Shown here one piece after another: positions 1 to 8,593 of a DNA stretch of 32,000 bases. Each line of letters begins with the position of its first letter. Position 1 is the first letter of the stretch. The notes beneath the pieces were generated by a model. It saw only the letters and a program-made list of their open reading frames with translations. It had not been told where the DNA came from and did no database searches. Position numbers and translations under genes: made by a program. The stretch is from an uncultured archaeon (lineage in GTDB: Archaea; Asgardarchaeota; Thorarchaeia; Thorarchaeales; Thorarchaeaceae), in assembly GCA_964354495.1 (NCBI GenBank), contig CAYHAA010000004.1:167208-199207 (forward strand), read 5' to 3'.

Positions 1-414
1 CCCACACGTATTGATGTCGAGCGACGAATAGAGGACTTGAAACTATGTGACAATGTACATCTCTTGGGTGTGAAAAGCAACATGCAGGAAATCATGTGTT
101 CCTCTGACATCTTCTTGCTCAATTCGACACTTGAGGGAATGCCTCTCACGCTCTTGGAGGCCATGGCATGCAGCCTTCCTGTAATCACAACACCTGCAGG
201 CGGAATTCCTGAGCTCGTTCGTGCAGACAAAGATGGAATTGTCACGAAGGGCTTCGAGCAGGAGGAGTTTGCACAGGCAATTCTTCACCTCCTTGAGAAT
301 GAGGGCGAAAGAAAGAGACTGGCAAAGGCAGGTCGACAACGTGTCAATACTTTTGACTCCAACAAGATTGTTCCTATGTACGAGAATGTGTTCAACGAAG
401 TCGTCAAACGTTGA
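1..414 (+). CDS. Glycosyltransferase family 4 (GT-B), 5'-truncated by window edge; BshA-like by context
   Basis: Frame is open from base 1 (PTRIDVERRIEDLKLCDNVHLLG...). GT4 C-terminal E-x7-E signature EGMPLTLLE, followed by AMACSLPVITTPAGGIPELV. Its TGA stop overlaps the next gene's TTG start (TTGA, 411-414). Confidence 0.9.
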   Translation, partial: PTRIDVERRIEDLKLCDNVHLLGVKSNMQEIMCSSDIFLLNSTLEGMPLTLLEAMACSLPVITTPAGGIPELVRADKDGIVTKGFEQEEFAQAILHLLENEGERKRLAKAGRQRVNTFDSNKIVPMYENVFNEVVKR

Positions 415-2144
415 GGAGGACGTATATCGTGAAGCCGAGCGTCTATGATGTGTATCACGACTTCATCTGGAAAGGGAAAGACACTAAGCTCGCTCAGATA
501 CTGTATGATAGTCCGCCGCTCACAATGAATGGGATATGTAATCGAGTGCCAGAGCTCATGAAGAAGTATGAGAAGACTCTCTGGCATATTGACGAACGAA
601 TGAAGCTTCTTGAGAGAACTCTCATCTCCTCAAATCGGGACCTTGGATGCCTCACAGAAGACACCAGGTCCAGTATCAGGTCTCTGAAGAACGGAGCCAT
701 TGAGTCAGCACACCAGACTGTGGTTCTGGGGGGTCCTGTGTATGTCCTGAACAAGGCAGCAACAGCAAAACGACTTGCCAGTCTATGCGCTGAGAGAGGA
801 CTTGACCTTGCACCCTTCTTCTGTCTTGCGGACTATGACGTTGTTCAGCCAGAACTCACGAATATCCGTCTACCTGTACTGGGTTCAGAGTGCACACTCG
901 TGAGCATCCCAGTGCCTCAGGGCTATGAGAACTCACCAGTGAGTGTGCTTCCCCTACCAGCGAGAGACTGGTACAATCAGGTTGAGGACGATATCAGAAC
1001 AACTTACAGGCCGATGTTCAAAGCACTAGAGGGACCTTCTAGAACGCTTCTAGATGAGCGGCTTGAGCAGGCCTTGTCGATTCTTCGTTGGAGTTACACC
1101 AACTCCACAACTCTGGCAGAATGGGCAGCACGAACACTGGGCAGGCTGTTCAATATAGAAGGCGATTTGGGCATCCCACTGCTCTTAGCATCTTCTGAGG
1201 GTATCAGAGACCTTCTTGTCGAGGGCCTGGAGTTCCTTCTGGCTCGTGAGAACCGGGAGAGATTCTTGGCCACGTTCAATGAAGTGACCACACTGATCGA
1301 GGAGAAAGGATACAACCCTGGAATTGGTTTCAGAGGAACTGATTACGTGCCATTCTTCTATGATTGTCCCGGAGAAACCTGCAATAAAGCAAGGACAGAA
1401 CTTCACTATGAGGACAGAGGGACAACTGCGCTTCTCACTGGAACCTGCCCGTCCTGCTCTGAGAAGATTGAGATTGAAACATCCGCAGATACACCATATC
1501 TCGGTGATATTGCTCGGAGTATCTCGCTACGCGTGGACTCTAGACAACTTGCAATCGACTCAATAATACCGACCGTCACCCACGTCGGTGGTCCTGGTGA
1601 AACAGCATACTATGCACAGGTGATACCCAGTGCGCGAGCGATTTCGGCTCCGTTCCCAATGTTCGTCAAGTATCCCAGAGTCTACTTCAATACGCCCTGG
1701 AATGAGCAATTGGCAAAGTCACTCGAAGAGAGAGAGATGCCAGTCCTTCAGAGAAGGGACTTGTTCAATATCATGGGGAAAGTCTCGAAATACAGAAAGA
1801 AGAACCAAGTTGATGAGATGAATCAGGAACTTGAGAACCTCGAGAGTCTGATACTGGAGAGTCACGCCGAACTCAATAACAGACTCAGAGGAATAGAGCC
1901 AATAGTTGCTGACAATTCAAGAGAAGAAGCAGCCACTCATCTTGGCCTCAAGATGGATCTAGAACGATATCTTAGTTGGGCCTTTGGCCAGTTCGCCGAG
2001 GGCAAACTAGGACAAGAGTCTTCATGGTCATGGATCGAGTGGGCCATCAATTCAGGCTTCAGTGATCTCTTTGGCCCTTATAGCCGTGCATACCTTGGTC
2101 AGATGAAGATTGGCGGCACCATCTTCATCAATTTCTCATTATGA
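411..2144 (+). CDS. bshC: BshC-like protein (bacillithiol cysteine-adding enzyme family) with Cys4 insert
   Basis: BshC-type motifs in the expected order: HQTVVLGGPVYVLNKAATA, PFFCLADYD, RQLAIDSIIPTVTHVGGPGETAYYAQV, a C-terminal coiled coil and GQESSW. Length 577 aa. Confidence 0.75.
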   Translation: MRRTYIVKPSVYDVYHDFIWKGKDTKLAQILYDSPPLTMNGICNRVPELMKKYEKTLWHIDERMKLLERTLISSNRDLGCLTEDTRSSIRSLKNGAIESAHQTVVLGGPVYVLNKAATAKRLASLCAERGLDLAPFFCLADYDVVQPELTNIRLPVLGSECTLVSIPVPQGYENSPVSVLPLPARDWYNQVEDDIRTTYRPMFKALEGPSRTLLDERLEQALSILRWSYTNSTTLAEWAARTLGRLFNIEGDLGIPLLLASSEGIRDLLVEGLEFLLARENRERFLATFNEVTTLIEEKGYNPGIGFRGTDYVPFFYDCPGETCNKARTELHYEDRGTTALLTGTCPSCSEKIEIETSADTPYLGDIARSISLRVDSRQLAIDSIIPTVTHVGGPGETAYYAQVIPSARAISAPFPMFVKYPRVYFNTPWNEQLAKSLEEREMPVLQRRDLFNIMGKVSKYRKKNQVDEMNQELENLESLILESHAELNNRLRGIEPIVADNSREEAATHLGLKMDLERYLSWAFGQFAEGKLGQESSWSWIEWAINSGFSDLFGPYSRAYLGQMKIGGTIFINFSL

Positions 2145-2176
2145 TTGGGCACAAACACAGGAGTTCCAGTACGGGT

Positions 2177-3448
2177 CTAACCAAGCTCTTTCGACAATAG
2201 ATGCCCAAGTCGCGTAATTCCTTCAGATATGATATCAGGAGGAGCATAGCAGAAGCCAAGTCGCATAGTATTGCCTTCTGGCACACTTGACTCCAGGTCA
2301 TTACCATCAGCTGTGAGCTTATGTCCAGTGATAGGATAGAAGGGGCCTCCAGGTACATAGAGCACTTCATTGGGCATTGCTACATCTTGCATGAACTCAC
2401 TTGAGTTGAAGTCAGGATTCTCGCTCTGCCACCAGATGAAGAAACCTCCGGTCGGGTCGCTGCGCGTCCCGGCTGGAAATGAGTCGTCTATTGCCTTTGC
2501 CATTGCCGCACACCTCTTTCTATACAATGGAATGGCAACTCTCATGGCATCGTCGATATGTTTGTTGTAGTACTCATCAAGGATACGTTGGGCAAACGTC
2601 GCAGTACACAGGTCAAGGTAACCCTTGTCTTTGAGAACCTGCTCTCTGACATTATCTGGCAATACTGAATACCCAACTCTCAAGACAGCTGCCTCCTTAC
2701 TACTTGTCCCAAGGTAAGCAATTCGAGAGTTGTCCTTGTCGAGGGTCTTGATGGCCTTGGGATTGTCTTTGAACTGAATCTCAGCATAAGCAGCGTCTTC
2801 AATAACGAGGATGTTATGGTTCTCACAGATATCGAATAGAGCTCTACGTCTATTCATAGGCAGAGTTGTTCCCTTCGGATTGTCGCTGTCAGGAACAACA
2901 TAGAGCAAGTCAGGATTCTTACCAAATTTGATCTTCGAGAGGTGAATAGCTCGTTCAACAAACTCCGGGATGATTCCTTTGTTGTCGGTGGGCACAGTAA
3001 TCACTCTTGCACCAAGCTTCACAGCAGGAACAAGAAATCCGAGGTATGCGGGAGCCGGTGTGATAATGACATCGCCGGGATCTATCATTGTGTCCAACAG
3101 GGCATAGAGCGCCTGCTGCGACCCATTGGTAATGGATACTTGTTCCCATTGGGTTTCGCAATCAATAGGTATCTTGCGGACCTTGCACAGTCGACGGGCT
3201 AGCGTCTTGAGGAACCATGGTTGGCCACCCGTTGGACCGTAGTTCAGATCATCCAGAGCCATCTGTGGGTCTTTTTTATACATGACACTCAATTCAGCCA
3301 TGATGTCAGCGAAGATGTCAGTAGGGATGATCCCGGGCTTTCCGCCAGCAAAATAGTACTTGACCTTGTATTTGAGAAGCGCACGTATTTGAGATTCCTC
3401 AACAAAAGAAGTCCAGGTTGCAAAACCGTAGCAGTTATCTTTTGCCAT
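2177..3448 (-). CDS. PLP-dependent class I/II aminotransferase (LysN/ARO8/MocR-catalytic-like)
   Basis: Motifs ITNGSQQAL, NPKGTTL and IEDAAY; PLP-lysine region GTSSKEAAVLRVGY; PTGGFFIW; NTMRLGF. Confidence 0.9.
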   Translation of the reverse strand: MAKDNCYGFATWTSFVEESQIRALLKYKVKYYFAGGKPGIIPTDIFADIMAELSVMYKKDPQMALDDLNYGPTGGQPWFLKTLARRLCKVRKIPIDCETQWEQVSITNGSQQALYALLDTMIDPGDVIITPAPAYLGFLVPAVKLGARVITVPTDNKGIIPEFVERAIHLSKIKFGKNPDLLYVVPDSDNPKGTTLPMNRRRALFDICENHNILVIEDAAYAEIQFKDNPKAIKTLDKDNSRIAYLGTSSKEAAVLRVGYSVLPDNVREQVLKDKGYLDLCTATFAQRILDEYYNKHIDDAMRVAIPLYRKRCAAMAKAIDDSFPAGTRSDPTGGFFIWWQSENPDFNSSEFMQDVAMPNEVLYVPGGPFYPITGHKLTADGNDLESSVPEGNTMRLGFCYAPPDIISEGITRLGHLLSKELG

Positions 3449-3636
3449 AGGCTCTCACCAAGAGAATTGATCACGATACTGCGGAGAAGCATGAACACTT
3501 CTGTACATGAATAGAGAGCGTCATCCTTTAATCGTTTCTAACGAAGTAGTCTTCCAGACGCTCTCTTTCGAGCCATGATGTACGGAAGTGGTCGTCCAAT
3601 CAACACATGTACACTACACCTGAATCATGAAACGAA

Positions 3637-4437
3637 CTAACGAGTTTCGGCGGCTAGAGCAGCGGCAGCAGCTGCCGGGTCAGGAGCCTCGACGATGGAT
3701 CGTGCTGCAATGATGAAGTTCGCACCCGCTTCAATTGCATCACGGGCACTGCCGCCCTGAGCACCGACGCCCGGGCACATGATGGGTATCTCATCTCCGA
3801 GTACTGCCTTGACTTCCCGAATTTTCTCAGGATAGGTGGCACCCACAATGACACCGTCTACGTCCCAGAGCCGGGCTTGACGTGCAAAGCGCAGATAGAG
3901 CGGTTCAGGTTTTCGTGACCTCTCATCAGCAGCCACGGTCAGGCCATAACCATCCTTCGCACCAGCATGCGACATGTAGCAGAGAGTGATGACGCCTCGT
4001 TTTCGATTGGTCGCCGCTTCAAACACACTGTCGAGACCGCCTTCCATCCCAATGAAAGGACTGACAATGATTGCATCGAAACCAGCATCAAAATAGTATT
4101 TCGTAATCACCCTGTTTGTGTTCTCGACATCGTTCAATTTGCAGTCAATGATTGCTGTCAGACCCTCAGCATGGATCTTATCGACCAATCGTGGAATGGC
4201 ATCATAGACTCCAAGAGGTAGGACGAGGTGTCGGTTTATCTTGAACGCAACTGCATGTTCTGCAGTCTGTGAGATAAGACGCAGTGCCTCCTTCTCTAAT
4301 CGGTCCTTCTCAGCCTTTATGCCAGCAGCATCTTTGCCGGTCATATTCGCGACCAGATCCAGACCGACAATCAATTTGCTCTTCTTCACGAAACTTGTGG
4401 CTGTGAGCTTTCGCTTGTACACGTGGTTCACTCCCAT
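3637..4437 (-). CDS. pyrF: Orotidine-5'-phosphate decarboxylase
   Basis: LIVGLD, FKIN, catalytic DCKLNDVENT (D-x-K-x-x-D), VIVGAT, PGVGAQGG, IIAARSI. Confidence 0.95.
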   Translation of the reverse strand: MGVNHVYKRKLTATSFVKKSKLIVGLDLVANMTGKDAAGIKAEKDRLEKEALRLISQTAEHAVAFKINRHLVLPLGVYDAIPRLVDKIHAEGLTAIIDCKLNDVENTNRVITKYYFDAGFDAIIVSPFIGMEGGLDSVFEAATNRKRGVITLCYMSHAGAKDGYGLTVAADERSRKPEPLYLRFARQARLWDVDGVIVGATYPEKIREVKAVLGDEIPIMCPGVGAQGGSARDAIEAGANFIIAARSIVEAPDPAAAAAALAAETR

Positions 4438-4492
4438 ATTCCAATGAATGCTCAGTACTTCAGAGTGTTACCAATTCCTATGAGGCGCTTCC

Positions 4493-4505
4493 AAATAAAT
4501 TCTCG
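4493..4505 (-). promoter_or_regulatory. Putative BRE/TATA for pyrF
   Basis: Minus strand reads CGAGAA-TTTATTT about 55 nt upstream of the pyrF ATG. Confidence 0.45.
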
Positions 4506-4532
4506 TTCGCTGGATTCTGCACGTACCGGCGA

Positions 4533-4545
4533 CGCAAACTTATAT
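4533..4545 (+). promoter_or_regulatory. Putative BRE + TATA box for the 346-aa membrane protein gene
   Basis: CGCAAAC-TTATAT matches the archaeal BRE/TATA pattern, about 35 nt upstream of TTG 4581. Confidence 0.6.
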
Positions 4546-4580
4546 CAGACTCCGCCATTTGAAAGAACGGAGAAGCAAGA

Positions 4581-5621
4581 TTGAGTCCAGATTGGTTGAT
4601 GTCAAGGCTGACTGTTGTATTGATTGCCATAGCCGGTCCTATCTATTTCTTCTTGCTGATGCTATTCATCCCGCAGATGATGCCCTTTGCTGATTCGTTC
4701 TTTAATCTGCTTTTTCACTATCTTGCAGCACCTATCGTCTTCTCTTTGCCCTGGGTGGGCACAATCTATTACCAGCGGTACAGGCTAGCAAATACTGCCC
4801 ATATCATGGATGAAACCATCACCGCAGTTCCTCTCAGATGGAGAATGTTCTATGGAGCAAATGCTCTCTTTGTCCTGATGTTGTTCGTACTGCCCATGGC
4901 CACACCTGTTATCGCGATTATAGAAGGACTCGTTGTTGCTGTGCATGTGTTTCGTCTCATTGGCCTTGGTAAGCTGGGAGGTGGCAAGCCAGCTGCTTTC
5001 CTTGGCATCATCGTGGCACTGGCGCTCATCATACTTCCAGCACTCGTGATGTTTGTGTTCATTCCTGGCTATATGGTCGTATGGAACACGATTCTCCAGA
5101 CATGGACTGATTTCTGGCTGGATGTCACATATGGTGTTGCGCAGTGTCTCGTGAATGCCCTCAGCTTTGGTGCCCCTGTCTATTTCATCTACTATGGTGC
5201 TCAGGAGTATGATAGAGGGCTCTATGGGGAAGTGTACACAAAGACGCCGACAATTTGGATAAGACTGGGAGAACTCATCATCTTCTCCATATTCCTGGTG
5301 ATTTACCTACCGCCAATACCAACACCTCTTGGAGTCGTCCCTTTTCTGGGGCTCTCATTCCTCTTTCAGGACTACATCAACTGGATTTCTCTTGTAATAG
5401 TATCCATCATGGTCCTAGTTAAGATAGTTCTCAGGGTCAAGAGAGACAGCACAATGGGCGGAGCGACTAACATCATTGTTATCGGACTGTTTCTCGTAGT
5501 TGAGCTCTTCAATAGGACTGACTTCTTCCTGAAGACCTCGGTAATCCTGTTGGCATTCATTGTCTATGCGGCGCTCGCAATCGCAAGCTATCTCAGAGCC
5601 TCTCCAAGAGAGCTTTACTAA
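4581..5621 (+). CDS. Hypothetical polytopic membrane protein (about 9-10 TM segments)
   Basis: 346-aa ORF made largely of hydrophobic stretches of about 20 aa; has its own promoter; no recognised motif. Confidence 0.8.
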   Translation: MSPDWLMSRLTVVLIAIAGPIYFFLLMLFIPQMMPFADSFFNLLFHYLAAPIVFSLPWVGTIYYQRYRLANTAHIMDETITAVPLRWRMFYGANALFVLMLFVLPMATPVIAIIEGLVVAVHVFRLIGLGKLGGGKPAAFLGIIVALALIILPALVMFVFIPGYMVVWNTILQTWTDFWLDVTYGVAQCLVNALSFGAPVYFIYYGAQEYDRGLYGEVYTKTPTIWIRLGELIIFSIFLVIYLPPIPTPLGVVPFLGLSFLFQDYINWISLVIVSIMVLVKIVLRVKRDSTMGGATNIIVIGLFLVVELFNRTDFFLKTSVILLAFIVYAALAIASYLRASPRELY

Positions 5622-5659
5622 GATTATAGAGTGGCTGTACTGAAGTGCCTCAATACTGA

Positions 5660-6019
5660 CTACATATTAATTATATCGAATTTCTTGGTGAGCCGAATGA
5701 TGGGGAGAAAGACCGTCATCGGTTCGGACTCCGCAAACGTGTCAACAAACTCGATAGTCTCTTTTGGTCTGCCCTTATACGCAATGAAGTTGCCCTTCGG
5801 GGGTCCGTCACCCTCTGCATGAACCCAGAGAGGCAATCCATACATCTCATAGTATCCATGATTGGAGATCAGGGTCCCATAGATATGCTTCCCCTTGTGT
5901 TCGAAATATAGCATACTCGCAGGTCGTTCTCTCTGCGACCAAGAGACAAGCATTCTTACCAGATCAATCATAGAAGCTATCTTCATGTTCACAGGGGGTC
6001 GAATACTATCACTGCTCAT
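5660..6019 (-). CDS. Small conserved archaeal hypothetical protein (alternative start ATG 5986)
   Basis: Pattern KHIYG..YY..YGLPL...PII.L recalls small uncharacterised crenarchaeal/TACK proteins (from memory). TTATAA at 6056-6061 lies upstream. Confidence 0.7.
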   Translation of the reverse strand: MSSDSIRPPVNMKIASMIDLVRMLVSWSQRERPASMLYFEHKGKHIYGTLISNHGYYEMYGLPLWVHAEGDGPPKGNFIAYKGRPKETIEFVDTFAESEPMTVFLPIIRLTKKFDIINM

Positions 6020-6055
6020 TTCTCTCGCGCACCGATTCGTATTTCGTTCCTATCC

Positions 6056-6061
6056 TTATAA
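6056..6061 (-). promoter_or_regulatory. Putative TATA box (palindromic CTTATAAG)
   Basis: TTATAA about 37 nt upstream of ATG 6019. Confidence 0.5.
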
Positions 6062-6093
6062 GAACAAGCATTATGATAAACTGCATTGCTCAT

Positions 6094-8397
6094 TCAGCCA
6101 GAGGCATGAAGGGCAGCTCGTATCTTGTCAGCAATGGAGATGACTGACTTTCGGCTGGCACCAACAATGACAATTGGCAAGCTCAATAGCGACTGGCTAG
6201 TGGCAATCGAAAACACTATGCGAACACCCTCTCTTCGATAGCAGACAAAAGTGAAACCATCTTCATGAATCATCTGCTCAATCTCTACCCCGGTAGAGCC
6301 TATTGCACCTGCAGCGAAACTGATGAGACGTGACGCATCACCATCTTCGCGGTTCACAACAATGGTATCTCGAATGTCATGCTCTGAAGAGAAGAGAAAA
6401 CCATGGGATGCCGAACTATACAGAACCTTCCTTGTTATTGCCTTCGAGAGAAGGTCCTTCGAAACCGGGCCAAATGCCTTCACGAGTACCTTTGAAGAGT
6501 CAAAGTCAGAGATTCTGATTGCTTCAATCTCAACTTCGGAAGGTATGACCTCATCTGTGATGACAGGTTCCTCAAGGCGAGGCGATGGTTCATCGGTGAT
6601 GGAGAAGCCCTGCTTCTGGTGATCAAAGAGGGTCTTGACGTAGTCTCGCATCCACTCATCGAGAAGCAGCCAGTCCTCTTTGCTCAACTTCAGGGGAGGT
6701 CGAGGCACCTCTGGCAACTCCTCAGCAAAGGCCTCTTCCGAGCCCTCGTACTGCTCCTCTGATTCCTCAGTCGGCTCAGCCACCTTGTCCTCTTCGGACG
6801 GCGTTGTTTCCGCGGGAGTCTCCTCTGGCATTAGGAGATTGACAGCTTCAAAGAGACCCGATAGTCGATCTGTGCCACCATGTTGTGAGAGCCGCGGACG
6901 GACTTGTATGATGAAACCGCGCCTGTTCTCAGTGGCCTGATCGAAGACTAGGGCAACGCCTTGCGGAAGACCGCTGATGAACGCCTTGTCACGGAACTGC
7001 TCTGGCATCACAGCTGGAGCTCGATGTTGTAGAGCTCTAATGTCATCATCATGGGACAGTGAGTGTGAGATGATGATATCTGCCTGTGAGATTGCTTCAT
7101 CTGAGACTGCTGACGGTTGCTGTGTGCACAGGACAAGACTACAGCCAAACCTTCGTCCAAGCTTTGCATAGCCTACAATCGCATCCTTGGCAGGGGTGGC
7201 TCCTGACCGTGGCACAAGTGTGTGTGCCTCATCAATGATTAGCCACGTGGGAGGCAGTTCTTCCCGTGCACTGGTACCTTCATCAGTCCAGGCCATTCGA
7301 TAGGTCAGGACTTGACGGCATAACATGTTTGTCAGAATCGCGAGCACGGCTTCAGCATCTGAACCAAGAGGTGCAACATCAATGACTGTGATTTGCCCTG
7401 CAACAGATAGATCCTGAGCGCTTGTGCCGCCAGGATTGAAGACTCCTAGTCTATCTGCACGCCTTAGCCTCTGGATAATAGCAGTTCTTGAGGCAGGCTT
7501 GTAGAACTCAACAATGGTTGGATTGGACTCGACACAGCTGATCATATCTGTGATGCTGAAATCCCGCTTGAGCTGCACATGCTCTCCAGACTCGAGAGTG
7601 TATCCCTTTCGCACAGCGTCCAAGGTCTCAGCTATCAGGTTCTCCATGGCAGTACTGAGTGTGCCGCCTTTCTCCAGCACATATCCCCAATCTGAAACGG
7701 AGAGCTCTCGGGGTCCAATGGACAATGGAAAGAGACGAGCTTTTTTCTTCACCTCATCAGGGAGTCCAACGTATGTCCTCCGAGGGATGTAGACATTCAC
7801 TGGGAATCCCTTTGCCTCATAGCCCCACTTCTTGAGAATATCTGCCTGCTCGTCATTTGGATCGACCATCTGTCGAAAGACATCTACTGTGTCCACAATG
7901 ACTGCAGCAACCTCAATCTCTCGACGCTCCATGGCTAGGGCAAGTTCTTCAGCAATGATTCCCAGCGTATAGCTCTTACCTGATCCCCTCTTTCCTGCAA
8001 CAAACATGACATGAGGTTTCATGAGGTCAAGCTTCACTGGCATCCCCATGAGGGAGGTCAGAACATCATCGGAGGTCTCTGTGATACCTCCTATCATACC
8101 CAGACCGACAGAGTGGTATTTTCGATGGAATGACTCGGAACGGCCAAGGACTACTCCAACGCTGAGGTCGATGTGCAGGTCGAGAAGGTCACCTACGCGT
8201 GGATGGTATGGTAATACGGACTTTGGAAGTAGGTCAATTGGTCTATCTGAATCTCGCCGACTCTCGGGATCTTCTTCTTCTGGCGTGTCTGGATTTCCCG
8301 GTTCGTTCAACTGTGCACCTCCTGACGACTCTGTCTTGACCTCGGATAAAGCTTGGCTTGATAGTGTCTTGACGCGCGATTCGTACCCAGAATCCAA
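6094..8397 (-). CDS. HerA/FtsK-superfamily (DUF87-type) P-loop ATPase with acidic linker and extra C-terminal domain
   Basis: Walker A GKRGSGKS preceded by PHVMFVA, Walker B LIIDEAH, GRRFG arginine-finger region, TQQPS, QADIIISH. TTG start, bounded by an in-frame TAG at 8410-8412. Confidence 0.85.
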   Translation of the reverse strand: MDSGYESRVKTLSSQALSEVKTESSGGAQLNEPGNPDTPEEEDPESRRDSDRPIDLLPKSVLPYHPRVGDLLDLHIDLSVGVVLGRSESFHRKYHSVGLGMIGGITETSDDVLTSLMGMPVKLDLMKPHVMFVAGKRGSGKSYTLGIIAEELALAMERREIEVAAVIVDTVDVFRQMVDPNDEQADILKKWGYEAKGFPVNVYIPRRTYVGLPDEVKKKARLFPLSIGPRELSVSDWGYVLEKGGTLSTAMENLIAETLDAVRKGYTLESGEHVQLKRDFSITDMISCVESNPTIVEFYKPASRTAIIQRLRRADRLGVFNPGGTSAQDLSVAGQITVIDVAPLGSDAEAVLAILTNMLCRQVLTYRMAWTDEGTSAREELPPTWLIIDEAHTLVPRSGATPAKDAIVGYAKLGRRFGCSLVLCTQQPSAVSDEAISQADIIISHSLSHDDDIRALQHRAPAVMPEQFRDKAFISGLPQGVALVFDQATENRRGFIIQVRPRLSQHGGTDRLSGLFEAVNLLMPEETPAETTPSEEDKVAEPTEESEEQYEGSEEAFAEELPEVPRPPLKLSKEDWLLLDEWMRDYVKTLFDHQKQGFSITDEPSPRLEEPVITDEVIPSEVEIEAIRISDFDSSKVLVKAFGPVSKDLLSKAITRKVLYSSASHGFLFSSEHDIRDTIVVNREDGDASRLISFAAGAIGSTGVEIEQMIHEDGFTFVCYRREGVRIVFSIATSQSLLSLPIVIVGASRKSVISIADKIRAALHASG

Positions 8398-8593
8398 GAA
8401 TGTGGATTCCTATGAGAATGTGTCCGCAGTAACATACCCGTTCCTACAATTATCTAGTAAAATCATTCGCCTTTCAAGTCCTACTCGTGAATGACAATCT
8501 CGATTCAGACTGGTAACTATTAATGTTACAGTCTTCCAATGGAAATGGTAGTTTCAGCAAGACTCAAAACGCAATCCGATTAGAGAGCCAGTC

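Noticed and set aside
3575-3623. Possible C/D-box sRNA (ATGATGT...CTGA, about 50 nt)
   Set aside because: The C box is imperfect, there are no convincing internal C'/D' boxes, and no target could be identified by eye.
8021-8494. 157-aa plus-strand ORF
   Set aside because: Antisense shadow of the HerA-like ATPase; Ser/Arg-rich, with no motif.
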